Shown here piece by piece: positions 33,093 through 44,510 of a DNA stretch of 64,000 nucleotides. Source of the DNA: an uncultured Holophagales bacterium (lineage in GTDB: Bacteria; Acidobacteriota; Thermoanaerobaculia; Multivoradales; UBA5704); the NCBI GenBank assembly GCA_963842525.1, contig CAWJGT010000001.1, positions 704,001 to 768,000 of the forward strand. Reading direction: 5' to 3'. Within the stretch, counting starts at the first letter, position 1. Every line of letters starts with the position of its first letter. The notes beneath the pieces are model-generated. The model worked only from the letters and a program-made list of their open reading frames with translations. It did no database searches and was not told the origin of the DNA. A program made the position numbers and the translations under genes.

Positions 33093-34757
33093 TCAGTCCT
33101 CCACGGTGAATTCGTAGAAGAGGTCGTTGAAGACCGACCGATCGAGGAACTGATCCCATTTCTCTTTCGACAGCACCTGCGGGCTGGGCTGCGCCACGGC
33201 GCGGTCCATGACGAAGACGCGGCCCTTGGCTTTTTCGAGCAGCGCCTTGTAGATGGCCGGCAGCGGATGGACCCAGGGATCGGGTTTCAACGCCAGCGCC
33301 CATTTTTCATTGGCCGGGATCATGGCCACGAACTGGTCCGCGAGCTCCCCCTGGGCCATCTCCCGCAGCCCGCCCTTGTTCATGGTTGCGTTGTGGCTGC
33401 CGTGGTGGCCGACCTTGTAGAACACCGTGCGGCCCAATAGATCGTTCACCGTCACTTCCTCGCCGCCGGCGAGCCCGTTGGCGGCGGTCCAGCCCTTCTC
33501 GGGCCACGAGACCCAGTTGCCCCGCTGGGCGTCGCCGACGAAAAGCAAAACCTTTTTCGTCCGCGGGAGCTCGATCGCCAGCACGAGGGACGTATTGTTG
33601 ATGTAGTTGTTCAGGCGCAGGGCAAACTCCTCGGCGCCGCGCAGCCAATCGGCGTCGATCCTCCGCCAGCCCCGCTCGTCGTCGTCCGGGTACTCCTTGG
33701 CAAACCCATAGTAGGCTTCGAAGAACTCACCGTGCGCGGGGTGCTTCCCCGCGGCGCTCGCCGGGATGCGGTGCCGGGGCTCGAACGGCTGGTAGGCTTC
33801 CTGCTCGTCCGAGGTGCCGGCGGCGCCGGCAACCGCGGCGAGGAAGGACTGCTCCTCGGTTGCCGCGAAGTGGAACTCCTCTTCCCCCCGGGGATCCATG
33901 TCCTTCAGCCTGGCCTCGTTCTGCGGAGGGCCCAGCGCGAAGAAACGGATTCCCGGGACGTTGGGCAAGGTCCGCGGCGCGCTGTGCGGGCTCAAGTATT
34001 CCGTGCCTTGCCGCAGGTCCGCGCGCCGCTTGACGATCTGGATTCCCTCCTTGTTGGTGATCCCCTTGATCTTTCCCGGATCGGTGGCCGCGAGCCCCCG
34101 GTCTTCATCGGACAGCTCGAATTCGAGGAGGGCTTCGAGGGTGCTCCGCACCCGCTCGTCGAACGGGTCGCTGACTCCCTGGAGCCGGTCGGCCGCGGAC
34201 ACCAGACCGAGCAAGGTGTCTTTATATTTCCTGCGCATTTCGTTGGCGAAATCGTTCTCAGGGTCCTCGGTCCAGGCGAGCCACAGCTTGTCGATGGTCA
34301 AATTCTCGAAGACGGCCCTCTCCGAGCGGAACCCCGAGACGTGGTCCTCGTGCTCGTGGGTAACCGCCACCAGGTTGAGGTGGCCGCCGGTGGTATCCCG
34401 GATGTGTTCCGCCACGTCCTTGATCGGGCGGACCAGCGTCGATCCCTTCTTCATTCCGCAGTCGATCAGCATATAGAACGGCTTGCCGTCATCCTGCCGG
34501 AAAGCGAGCAAAAAACAGTCGCCGTGCCCCTGGCGGTACATGCGGACCTTGACTCCGGACCGGGGCGGCTCCATGACGACCGACGAGGCCGGCGGGGCGC
34601 CGGACCCCGCCGTCTCGGCAGGGCTCCGCACAGGGCTGCGCTTCGCGGCCGTCTTCTTCGACTTGGCGGCGCGTTTTGGAACAGTTTTTTTCGGCGCGCG
34701 TTTCGCGGCTGCCTTCTTCGGTGCGGGCTTGGGTTTCGCGGCTGCTTTTTTCGCCAT
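33093..34757 (-). CDS. MBL-fold metallohydrolase with Lys/Ala-rich N-terminal tail
   Basis: RMYRQGHGDCFLL, LIDCG, VTHEHEDHVSG, INNTSLVL, LLFVGDAQ, YKVGHHGSHNAT. Confidence 0.85.
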   Translation of the reverse strand: MAKKAAAKPKPAPKKAAAKRAPKKTVPKRAAKSKKTAAKRSPVRSPAETAGSGAPPASSVVMEPPRSGVKVRMYRQGHGDCFLLAFRQDDGKPFYMLIDCGMKKGSTLVRPIKDVAEHIRDTTGGHLNLVAVTHEHEDHVSGFRSERAVFENLTIDKLWLAWTEDPENDFANEMRRKYKDTLLGLVSAADRLQGVSDPFDERVRSTLEALLEFELSDEDRGLAATDPGKIKGITNKEGIQIVKRRADLRQGTEYLSPHSAPRTLPNVPGIRFFALGPPQNEARLKDMDPRGEEEFHFAATEEQSFLAAVAGAAGTSDEQEAYQPFEPRHRIPASAAGKHPAHGEFFEAYYGFAKEYPDDDERGWRRIDADWLRGAEEFALRLNNYINNTSLVLAIELPRTKKVLLFVGDAQRGNWVSWPEKGWTAANGLAGGEEVTVNDLLGRTVFYKVGHHGSHNATMNKGGLREMAQGELADQFVAMIPANEKWALALKPDPWVHPLPAIYKALLEKAKGRVFVMDRAVAQPSPQVLSKEKWDQFLDRSVFNDLFYEFTVED

Positions 34758-34776
34758 GGCGGTCCTCGCAATCAGA

Positions 34777-36753
34777 TCAGAAATCAGGGACTGCTACCGT
34801 GCGGCGGTGCACGGCCGCGAAATGCTCGCCGTCGAGGTCGACGGCCGGGGCGGCGCCGTAGAACGGGTTGTCGATCGCCCCCTCTTCGCCCTGGAGGAAC
34901 CTGCGGACCCGGTCCAGCTCCTGGTTGTCGGCCACATCGCCGCGGGTCGAAATGGCGTAGCGGACACATTGCCGGGCCGGGTCGAGGATCAGGGTGCAGC
35001 CGCGCCGGAAGCGGAAATCCGGGGACTCGATCTTCCCATCCCCTTCGTCGACGGCCTTCTGGACCTCGGGGTCGAAGTACCCCCGCCGGCGCTGGCGGAC
35101 CTCGACCACCAGGTCGGTGACCAGCGTGTCGCGGAAGCCGCGGCGGCGGGAGACCCGCACGGAATGCACCTCCAGCGAGGGAGTGCGGCCGTCCCGGCCC
35201 CGGTAGACCGAACGCGGTGCGCCGGGGTCCAGGGTCAGCCCGAAGGCAGCCAGTTGGCGCCGCATCGACTCCTGCATCAGCCAGAAGTAAGTGATCTTCG
35301 CGTTCTCCTCCATCGTGTCGAAGACCTTCTTGCGTTCCGTGGTCAGGTCCCAGTCGAGCGTCAGCTTCCCGACCTCCTTCTTGCCGTCCTTGCCGGCGGG
35401 CATCTCGATGCCCTCGAAAAGAGCCTTGGTTGCCGATTGATCGTAGGCGGCTTCACCCGCTCCGTCTTCGTCCAGCAGCGGGAAGCGGAGGTCGCTCTCC
35501 GCCATGCTCCGCACTCCCTCGGGGTAGATCCCCCACTGCCGGAAGGCCTCGATGAACGCCACCCGCTGATTGTTCTGGTCATGGGGATAGACCTCGGTAT
35601 CGGCGGTGACCACGGCCCGCAGGTAGGTGCCGAAATCGACGTCCACCGGCGGGCAATAATCGAGCCCACGAATGCACATGGTCAACACGGCGTCGGCGAC
35701 CGCCGCAGCCTCCCGGGCCAGCCGGCGGACGAGATCGGGATGGATCTCCCCCTCGCGCAGGACGCCCGTGCCGTTGGTGGCAATGCGGAGGAGATCGGCG
35801 CTGCGCGCCTTGTAGATGGCCAGGAACGCCGAGAACACGGCGGCCAGCAGGATGCCGCCCCGGTCGTGCGGCAGGTGGGCCTCCTGCAGCCGCGCAGGAT
35901 CGGGCTTGTGGGCCTCCCAGACCCCGTCCGCGTTCTTGCTCCCCAGCGCCTCGCGGAGGGCGCCGCGCTTCCCCAGGGCCTGGCCGAACTGCTGCGCCAG
36001 CTCGCCGAGCATGCTCTGCCGCTCCAGGTTGCCGCGGGTCCTGGCGATCTGGTGCGCGAGGATCTCCGGATGCGCAAAACGCTGGAAGATGGCCACGATG
36101 TCGGCGAACCCCTCGTGCAGCGCGTGCACGTCCGGGTTCGTAGCCTCGTTGAAGGAGGGGTGCAGCCCGTCGAGCAGCGCGTGCGTGGTCTCATGCGCCA
36201 CCACGTCGTAGGACAGGCTGGTGAAGACCATGCCGCCCGGCGCCTGCCCCGGTCCCCGGCCGCGGGTGGGAAAATACCCGAACAACAGCGCCTTCTTGCG
36301 CGGGCTGTAGTAGGCGTTGGCCTCCCGCAAAGCGTGCGGATAGATCCGCAGGCGGGGGACGAATTGCTCGCCGGTGACCTGGCCTTCCTTGTTGCGGATC
36401 ACCCGCTTGGCCCACAACGCCACCCGGCCGAGGGCCCGTTCGAAGTGGTCGATGGTGTTCATCGCCACGGCGTACACCATCTGCTGGTGGAACTGCGGCC
36501 CCCCTTCGGCCGGCGAGAGGCCGTCCTGAGCCAGTAGGAAGGGGTGATTCAGATCCACCGGGGCATAGAAGGCATCGCTGGCGGGGTCGAAATCCACCAC
36601 CTCGATGTAGTCGCCGACCGGGCCGGGCTTCAGCCCCTCCTCCCAGGCCAGCTCCAGCGTCAGCTCGCTGATCGACAGGGTATCCAACTGCGCGCGGACG
36701 CCCGGATCAAAGGCGAACACCCGCAATCTGCGCTGAGCCGGCTTCTGGTTCAT
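34777..36753 (-). CDS. Gluzincin (M4-like) metalloprotease without signal peptide
   Basis: ANAYYS, VVAHETTHALLD (HExxH), ALHEGFADIVA (third ligand), PHDRGGIL. Confidence 0.8.
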   Translation of the reverse strand: MNQKPAQRRLRVFAFDPGVRAQLDTLSISELTLELAWEEGLKPGPVGDYIEVVDFDPASDAFYAPVDLNHPFLLAQDGLSPAEGGPQFHQQMVYAVAMNTIDHFERALGRVALWAKRVIRNKEGQVTGEQFVPRLRIYPHALREANAYYSPRKKALLFGYFPTRGRGPGQAPGGMVFTSLSYDVVAHETTHALLDGLHPSFNEATNPDVHALHEGFADIVAIFQRFAHPEILAHQIARTRGNLERQSMLGELAQQFGQALGKRGALREALGSKNADGVWEAHKPDPARLQEAHLPHDRGGILLAAVFSAFLAIYKARSADLLRIATNGTGVLREGEIHPDLVRRLAREAAAVADAVLTMCIRGLDYCPPVDVDFGTYLRAVVTADTEVYPHDQNNQRVAFIEAFRQWGIYPEGVRSMAESDLRFPLLDEDGAGEAAYDQSATKALFEGIEMPAGKDGKKEVGKLTLDWDLTTERKKVFDTMEENAKITYFWLMQESMRRQLAAFGLTLDPGAPRSVYRGRDGRTPSLEVHSVRVSRRRGFRDTLVTDLVVEVRQRRRGYFDPEVQKAVDEGDGKIESPDFRFRRGCTLILDPARQCVRYAISTRGDVADNQELDRVRRFLQGEEGAIDNPFYGAAPAVDLDGEHFAAVHRRTVAVPDF

Positions 36754-36870
36754 CGTCCACCTCCTGCAAAGCTAGGTCTCCCCGATCCTATGGTCTCTGG
36801 CGCGTCGCGTCAAAGCTATAGGGAATGTGCCATGAGCGGACTGCCCTGCGCCGTATTCAAAACCCGCCAT

Positions 36871-36895
36871 GTAGGGGCGGGGCTTGTCCCCGCCC
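36871..36895 (+). repeat. GTAG-headed REP hairpin
   Basis: GTAG-GGGCGGGG-CTTGT-CCCCGCCC. Confidence 0.65.
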
Positions 36896-36908
36896 GGGAG
36901 GGGATAAA

Positions 36909-39778
<2,870 letters not shown>

Positions 39779-39838
39779 CTGCCTTTCGATGGTCCTTTCG
39801 AGACGAGGCGGAGCTACGCTCAGGATGTCCAGCGGAGA

Positions 39839-40546
39839 TCAGAGGATGGTACCCATCTTGTCCCAGGTCGTCGCATCGTAGCCGAGCACTGGCTGACCAC
39901 TGGCGGAGACCGTGCTGAAATCCCAGGCGGCGGTCTTCGAGAACATCAGCTTGGCGATCGCTTTGCTTGCTCCAGACGCGAACTTGCCCTTGTACTCGTT
40001 CTCGTAGATGGTCCCGCGCGGCGCGCGGCCGGAGGCGAGGGTCAAACCGAAGCCGTAGAGATGGTTGATCTCCTGCGCCGTACATGGCACGATCGCATTT
40101 TCGAGGATCTCGACTCCGTAGGTATCCTTGAGCAACCCTTTGAGGTCGGCGAGAGTCCGGAGGGCATGCCCACCTCCAAGGATCCCCACCACCTCGTCGT
40201 CTTCGGAGTCGCTCTGTCCACCACTCGCCGCCGCCACAGCAGCAGCGGAGCTCACGTGAGCACGTTGGATCGTGCCTCGGAAAACGCCATTCGTCCTCTG
40301 TGCGGTTTTCGCCTGAGCCATCCGCGCCAAGGCGCTTTGCACGTGTGGCGCAACAGGTCGCGCCGCCGCATGCGGAGTCTGGACCAGGTTTGATACCGCT
40401 GATGAAGACTGTGTCGCCGGCAATGACCTCTCCGGCATCTTTGCTTGAGCCATACCCGCGACGGCTGCCTGCACATGCGCAGCCGGAGCACGCGCCGGGA
40501 CAAGTGGCAGATGCGACGGCATCGACGGCTTTCCTGGCATGGGCAA
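39839..40546 (-). CDS. Hypothetical protein with Pro/Ala/Gln-rich repeated N-terminus and xIQR motif
   Basis: RAPAAHVQAAVAGMAQAK / RPVAPHVQSALARMAQAK repeat, then GTIQR, then an unrelated ~140-aa region. Confidence 0.6.
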   Translation of the reverse strand: MPMPGKPSMPSHLPLVPARAPAAHVQAAVAGMAQAKMPERSLPATQSSSAVSNLVQTPHAAARPVAPHVQSALARMAQAKTAQRTNGVFRGTIQRAHVSSAAAVAAASGGQSDSEDDEVVGILGGGHALRTLADLKGLLKDTYGVEILENAIVPCTAQEINHLYGFGLTLASGRAPRGTIYENEYKGKFASGASKAIAKLMFSKTAAWDFSTVSASGQPVLGYDATTWDKMGTIL

Positions 40547-40718
40547 GCCTCCTGGAACCGTGGACGGACTGCGACCCTTCTCAGAGTACTCCTATCCTTC
40601 CTGATTAACAATGCAAGGGGCGAGAGCAGCGAGAGCGGCTGTCGAGGCTGCGGCGAGTCGCCGAAGCGTTGTAAGGTTCCCTGGGACGAGGCACCCCCGA
40701 GGGAAAGGGAGCTCTCTG

Positions 40719-41841
40719 ATGTGGACATCCACCCGGTTCACGGAGCGGTTCGGCCGCCGCTATCCGATCGTGCAGGGGCCGATGGGGGGCGGCGCGTCGA
40801 CGCCTGAGCTGGTGGCGGCGGTCTCGGGCGCAGGTGGGCTGGGATCGCTCGGCTGCTATCACCTGGAGCCCGCCGCGATCCTGCGCGCCGCGGCCGACAT
40901 CCGGCGCCTGACCGACGAGCCGTTTGCCCTCAACCTCTGGATCCCCCGCGAGCAGGAGGACGCCGGAAGCCCTACGACCCCTGTAGGGGCAACCCTTGTG
41001 GTTGCCCACGGTCCCGAGGCTGCCCGGGCCCTGACGCGTCTCCAGCCGTACCGGGACGAGCTCGGGCTGCCGCCCTTCACGGAGCCTCCGGCGCCCACCG
41101 TCCAGGACTTCGAGCTGCAGTTCGAACGCCGTGCTCGAAGCCCGGCCCGCTGCCTTCAGCTTCATCTTCGGTTTGCTGCCCGCGCCGATGGTGGCGGCGG
41201 CGCACCGGCGGGGGATCGAGCTGATCGGCACTGCGACGACAGTCGACGAGGCCGAGGCCCTGGAGGCGAGCGGCGTCGACCTCGTGTGCGCCTCCGGGTT
41301 CGAGGCCGGGGGGCACCGCGGCAGCTTCCTCCGTCCCGCGGAGCAGTCGCTCACCGGCACGCTGTCGCTCGTCCCCCAGGTCGTGAGCGCCGTGCGGGTT
41401 CCGGTGCTGGCCGCGGGCGGCATCGCCGACGGCCGCGGCGTTGCGGCGGCTCTGGTGCTCGGCGCCGAGGCGGCGCAGATCGGCACGGCCTTCCTGATGT
41501 GCCGGGAGTCCGGAGCGAGCGACCTCCATCGTGCTGCCCTCGCGGACCACGCTCGCGCGCGGCGCACCACCCTCTCCCGGGCCTACACCGGCCGGCTCGC
41601 GCGGATGCTCGCCAACCGCTTCACGGACGAGATGGCTCAGCCCCCCACCGAGATCCTCCCCTGGCCGCACCAGAACGAGCTCACCCGGGAAGCTCGCCTT
41701 GCAGCGGCCCGCGACGGCCGCGAGGACCTTCTGCCGTTTTACGGCGGCCAGTCGGCATCCCTGGCTTCCCCCGGTTCTGCCGCCGACCTCGTGGCAACCC
41801 TGGCCGCGGAGACCCGCGAAGCTTTCGAGCGGTCCGCGTAA
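40719..41841 (+). CDS. Nitronate monooxygenase family flavoprotein (frameshift near 41130)
   Basis: YPIVQGPMGGG, AVSGAGGLGSLG, PFALNL, GFEAGGHRGSF, AAGGIADGRG, QIGTAFL. Confidence 0.88.
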
Positions 41842-41899
41842 GGGGGCAGCCCCGAGCACTTCGCGCCGAACGTCGCAAACGGAGCTTCCTTTGCGACGA

Positions 41900-42290
41900 G
41901 TCAGCCATTCAGCAGCGCACCCAATCCATGTCTCGGCGCAAAGAAGCGATTCAGTGCGACGCGATAGAGATTCAGCGGTGCAAAGATCGATCTCGCGTCG
42001 CACTGGATCGATCCTTTGCGCCTCGATAAGCCTTCCTCGATTCCTGGATGGGTTTTGCGCCACGACGAAGCGCTACGCCGTCGCACGTAGACCTGCGACG
42101 GCGCAATAGAGTCGCACATCGGCGCAAAATAGACTCTCATCGCCTCGCTGTGCGCCAACAGAGCGACGACGAAGGCTTTGTCGTCGCAAATTATCGATAG
42201 AGAGTCGCAAAGGATAGATTCGCGGCGCACTCTAGTCATCCAACGGCGCACTGAACGCTTCTTTGCGCCGGGCAAACGGATACTGCGTGA
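41900..42290. repeat. Degenerate 21-nt-period low-complexity tract
   Basis: cagcgcacccaatccatgtct / cggcgcaaagaagcgattcag / tgcgacgcgatagagattcag / cggtgcaaagatcgatctcgc; no convincing ORF. Confidence 0.5.
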
Positions 42291-42371
42291 CCCGCTGCCG
42301 TTGTCTGCGAGGCCCCGCCGGGCCTTTGCGCCAGCGGGTGTACAATGGAGCCTCGATCTGGAGCCCGCACC

Positions 42372-42773
42372 ATGAACCGTTTCCTTCGCCCGTTGCCCGC
42401 CCTTCTTGCCATCCTATGGCTCGCCGCCACCGCGCTATCCGCGCAGGAGACCGGCGACCGCGCCGGCGAGGCACCCTCGCGCCGTCACCATCGGTACCCA
42501 CGGCCTCGTCGAACGCGGCCAGGGGCCTCGAGGCCAGGGGCGGTGGCGAGGGTTCCCGATCAGCGTCAGCCTGCGCGACGCGCCGCTGCCGGAAGTCCTC
42601 CGCGCGTTCGCCCAAATCGCCGGCTTCAACCTGGTCCTCGACCCCAGGATCCCCCAGGGGACCGTGACGGTCGAGCTCAAAGACGTGCCCTGGGACCAGG
42701 CGCTGCACGTGATCCTCAAGACCCACGGCCTCGCAGCCGAGGTCGCGGCCGGTTGTGGTTGATCGCCCTTTAA
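42372..42773 (+). CDS. Small secreted secretin/TonB N-terminal (STN)-like domain protein (frameshifts)
   Basis: Signal peptide MNRFLRPLPALLAILWLAATALSAQ; GFPISVSLRDAPLPEVLRAFAQIAGFNLVLDP...VTVELKDVPWDQALHVIL. Confidence 0.7.
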   Translation: MNRFLRPLPALLAILWLAATALSAQETGDRAGEAPSRRHHRYPRPRRTRPGASRPGAVARVPDQRQPARRAAAGSPPRVRPNRRLQPGPRPQDPPGDRDGRAQRRALGPGAARDPQDPRPRSRGRGRLWLIAL

Positions 42774-43190
42774 AACGCCCTCACGGGCCTCTTCGGGAGT
42801 GGAGGAACGGTGCTGGGCAGCCTTGGATGAAGGGGTCCGGACGAGCGCACGGTCGACGGACGCCTCTCGACCGGGATCGTCAGGCCCGCCCTGACCTGAA
42901 GCTCTCCAAGGCGGGCGGAAAGGCTGCGGGGAGCGCTCTTCCGCCGATGGAGCGACCTGCGCTTGCTGGAACGGAGGAGAGGTCGGAGCAGCCAGTCCGG
43001 AAGCTCTGGGAGGTGCGCAGCCACGGCTGGATTCTCGCACACTGGGTTGGCGAAGTCTCCCGCAAAGATCTCAGCATCCAGGCACGATCCGCAGGAATCC
43101 CCGACGCTCAGCTCCTGATCCCTGCGGACGGGGAGGCTTTGGAACTCGTCCTCAGATCTTGACGCTAGTGCCCAGCAGACGCTAGTATTT

Positions 43191-43206
43191 TGGCATACTC
43201 ACTGCA
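43191..43206 (+). promoter_or_regulatory. Candidate sigma54 -24/-12 promoter for the TIR/FxsC operon
   Basis: TGGCATACTCACTGCA has GG-N10-GC spacing, 36 nt before ATG 43242. Confidence 0.35.
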
Positions 43207-43241
43207 GCACAGCTACTCTTGGATGCCGAGGACCCGAAAGA

Positions 43242-44510
43242 ATGCCTTACGAATTTTTCTTCAGCTATACGCGGGCCAATAATGACGATTATCTCCGGAA
43301 ATTCTTTGCCGAGCTGAACGACGCGGTCCGCCGCAAGGCCGGTTATCCCCAGGGGACCCTGACGGGCTTTTTCGACCAGAAGCGCCTCGAAGCGGGCACG
43401 GAATGGAACCAAGCCCTGGTCACCGCGCTCCAGGAAAGCGCGACCCTGGTCTGCGTCTACTCTCCCGCCTACTTCAAGAGCGAGTTTTGCGGACGGGAGT
43501 GGGGGGTTTTCGAGGAGCGCTGGCGGCTTCATGGGGCGCTTCGGCAGGCAGCAGATCCCGCAACCTCGGAGTGGCCCTCCGTTATCAAGCCTGTCCTCTG
43601 GATCCCGCTCCAGGAAGATCTCCCGGCCGGCGTTGGCAGCAAGCAGTTGGCTGGCGGCAACCCGCAGGGGGCGTTGAGCACGGTGGGTCTACTCAACATG
43701 CGGATGAGATATTCGAAGTACAGGATCGGTTATTTGGACTTCATCGACAAACTTGCGGATGAGATCCTGAAGGCCCGCGGTATTTATAAAGGCAAGCTGC
43801 CACGGGTGACTCCCGAGCCTGACTTCCGGACTTTCCAGAGCGCCTTTCACGCACCGCCGGCTCCTGGACAGGCTGCGGCTCCGAAGCCACAGGACCGTGG
43901 TCCCAATGGCGTCCAGTTCGTCTTCGTCGCCGGGAAACCTGACGAGTTGCGGGGGACCCGCAGCGTCGACAGCTACGAGCAGAAAGGGGGCAGGGATTGG
44001 AAACCCTATTACCCTCAAAAGCTCAGGCCTATCGGAGCCCTCGCTCAAGGCGTCGCCGCGAGCGAGGACCTCGACTTCTTCAGCGAGGAATTGCCCTTTA
44101 GCGCACAATTGCCCCAGGACGTGCGCAACGCCGAGAATCAGGCGAACATCGTGGTTTTAGTCGTCGACGGATGGACCGCTACATTGCCTTCCTACGATCA
44201 GATCCTCGAGCAGTTCGACAAGGAGGGCTACTTCAACTGCAGCGTCCTGGTCCCTTGGAACGACGCCGATGCCGAGACCGCCCAGCAGCGTGCCGCGCTC
44301 GAAGCCCAGGTCCGCAGCGTCTTCCGCCGGCACTCGAGACATCCGCTCTATTTCCGGGACGCCATCACATCGGAAGAAGATCTGAGGGAGCAGCTCCGTG
44401 ACGTACTGATCCGCCTCAAGGCAGAGGTTTTCAACCAGGCCCCAGTGAGTCGGCCGGTGCCGAACGGCGGAGTCAAGCCCGTCGTCTCGGGTCCTGGAGG
44501 TGACCGGTGA
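43242..44510 (+). CDS. TIR-like protein with FxsC-type C-terminal domain
   Basis: FFFSYTRAN...GFFDQ..LEAGTEW...YSPAYFKSEFCGREW...IKPVLWIP; C-terminal VQFVFVAG...DWKPYYP...NIVVLVVDGW...VLVPWN. Confidence 0.8.
   Translation: MPYEFFFSYTRANNDDYLRKFFAELNDAVRRKAGYPQGTLTGFFDQKRLEAGTEWNQALVTALQESATLVCVYSPAYFKSEFCGREWGVFEERWRLHGALRQAADPATSEWPSVIKPVLWIPLQEDLPAGVGSKQLAGGNPQGALSTVGLLNMRMRYSKYRIGYLDFIDKLADEILKARGIYKGKLPRVTPEPDFRTFQSAFHAPPAPGQAAAPKPQDRGPNGVQFVFVAGKPDELRGTRSVDSYEQKGGRDWKPYYPQKLRPIGALAQGVAASEDLDFFSEELPFSAQLPQDVRNAENQANIVVLVVDGWTATLPSYDQILEQFDKEGYFNCSVLVPWNDADAETAQQRAALEAQVRSVFRRHSRHPLYFRDAITSEEDLREQLRDVLIRLKAEVFNQAPVSRPVPNGGVKPVVSGPGGDR

Noticed and set aside
42780-43162. ORF 42755..43162 or a hidden FxsA-type precursor upstream of the FxsC-like gene
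   Set aside because: No FxSxx C-terminus, no clear RBS and no recognisable motif; left unassigned.
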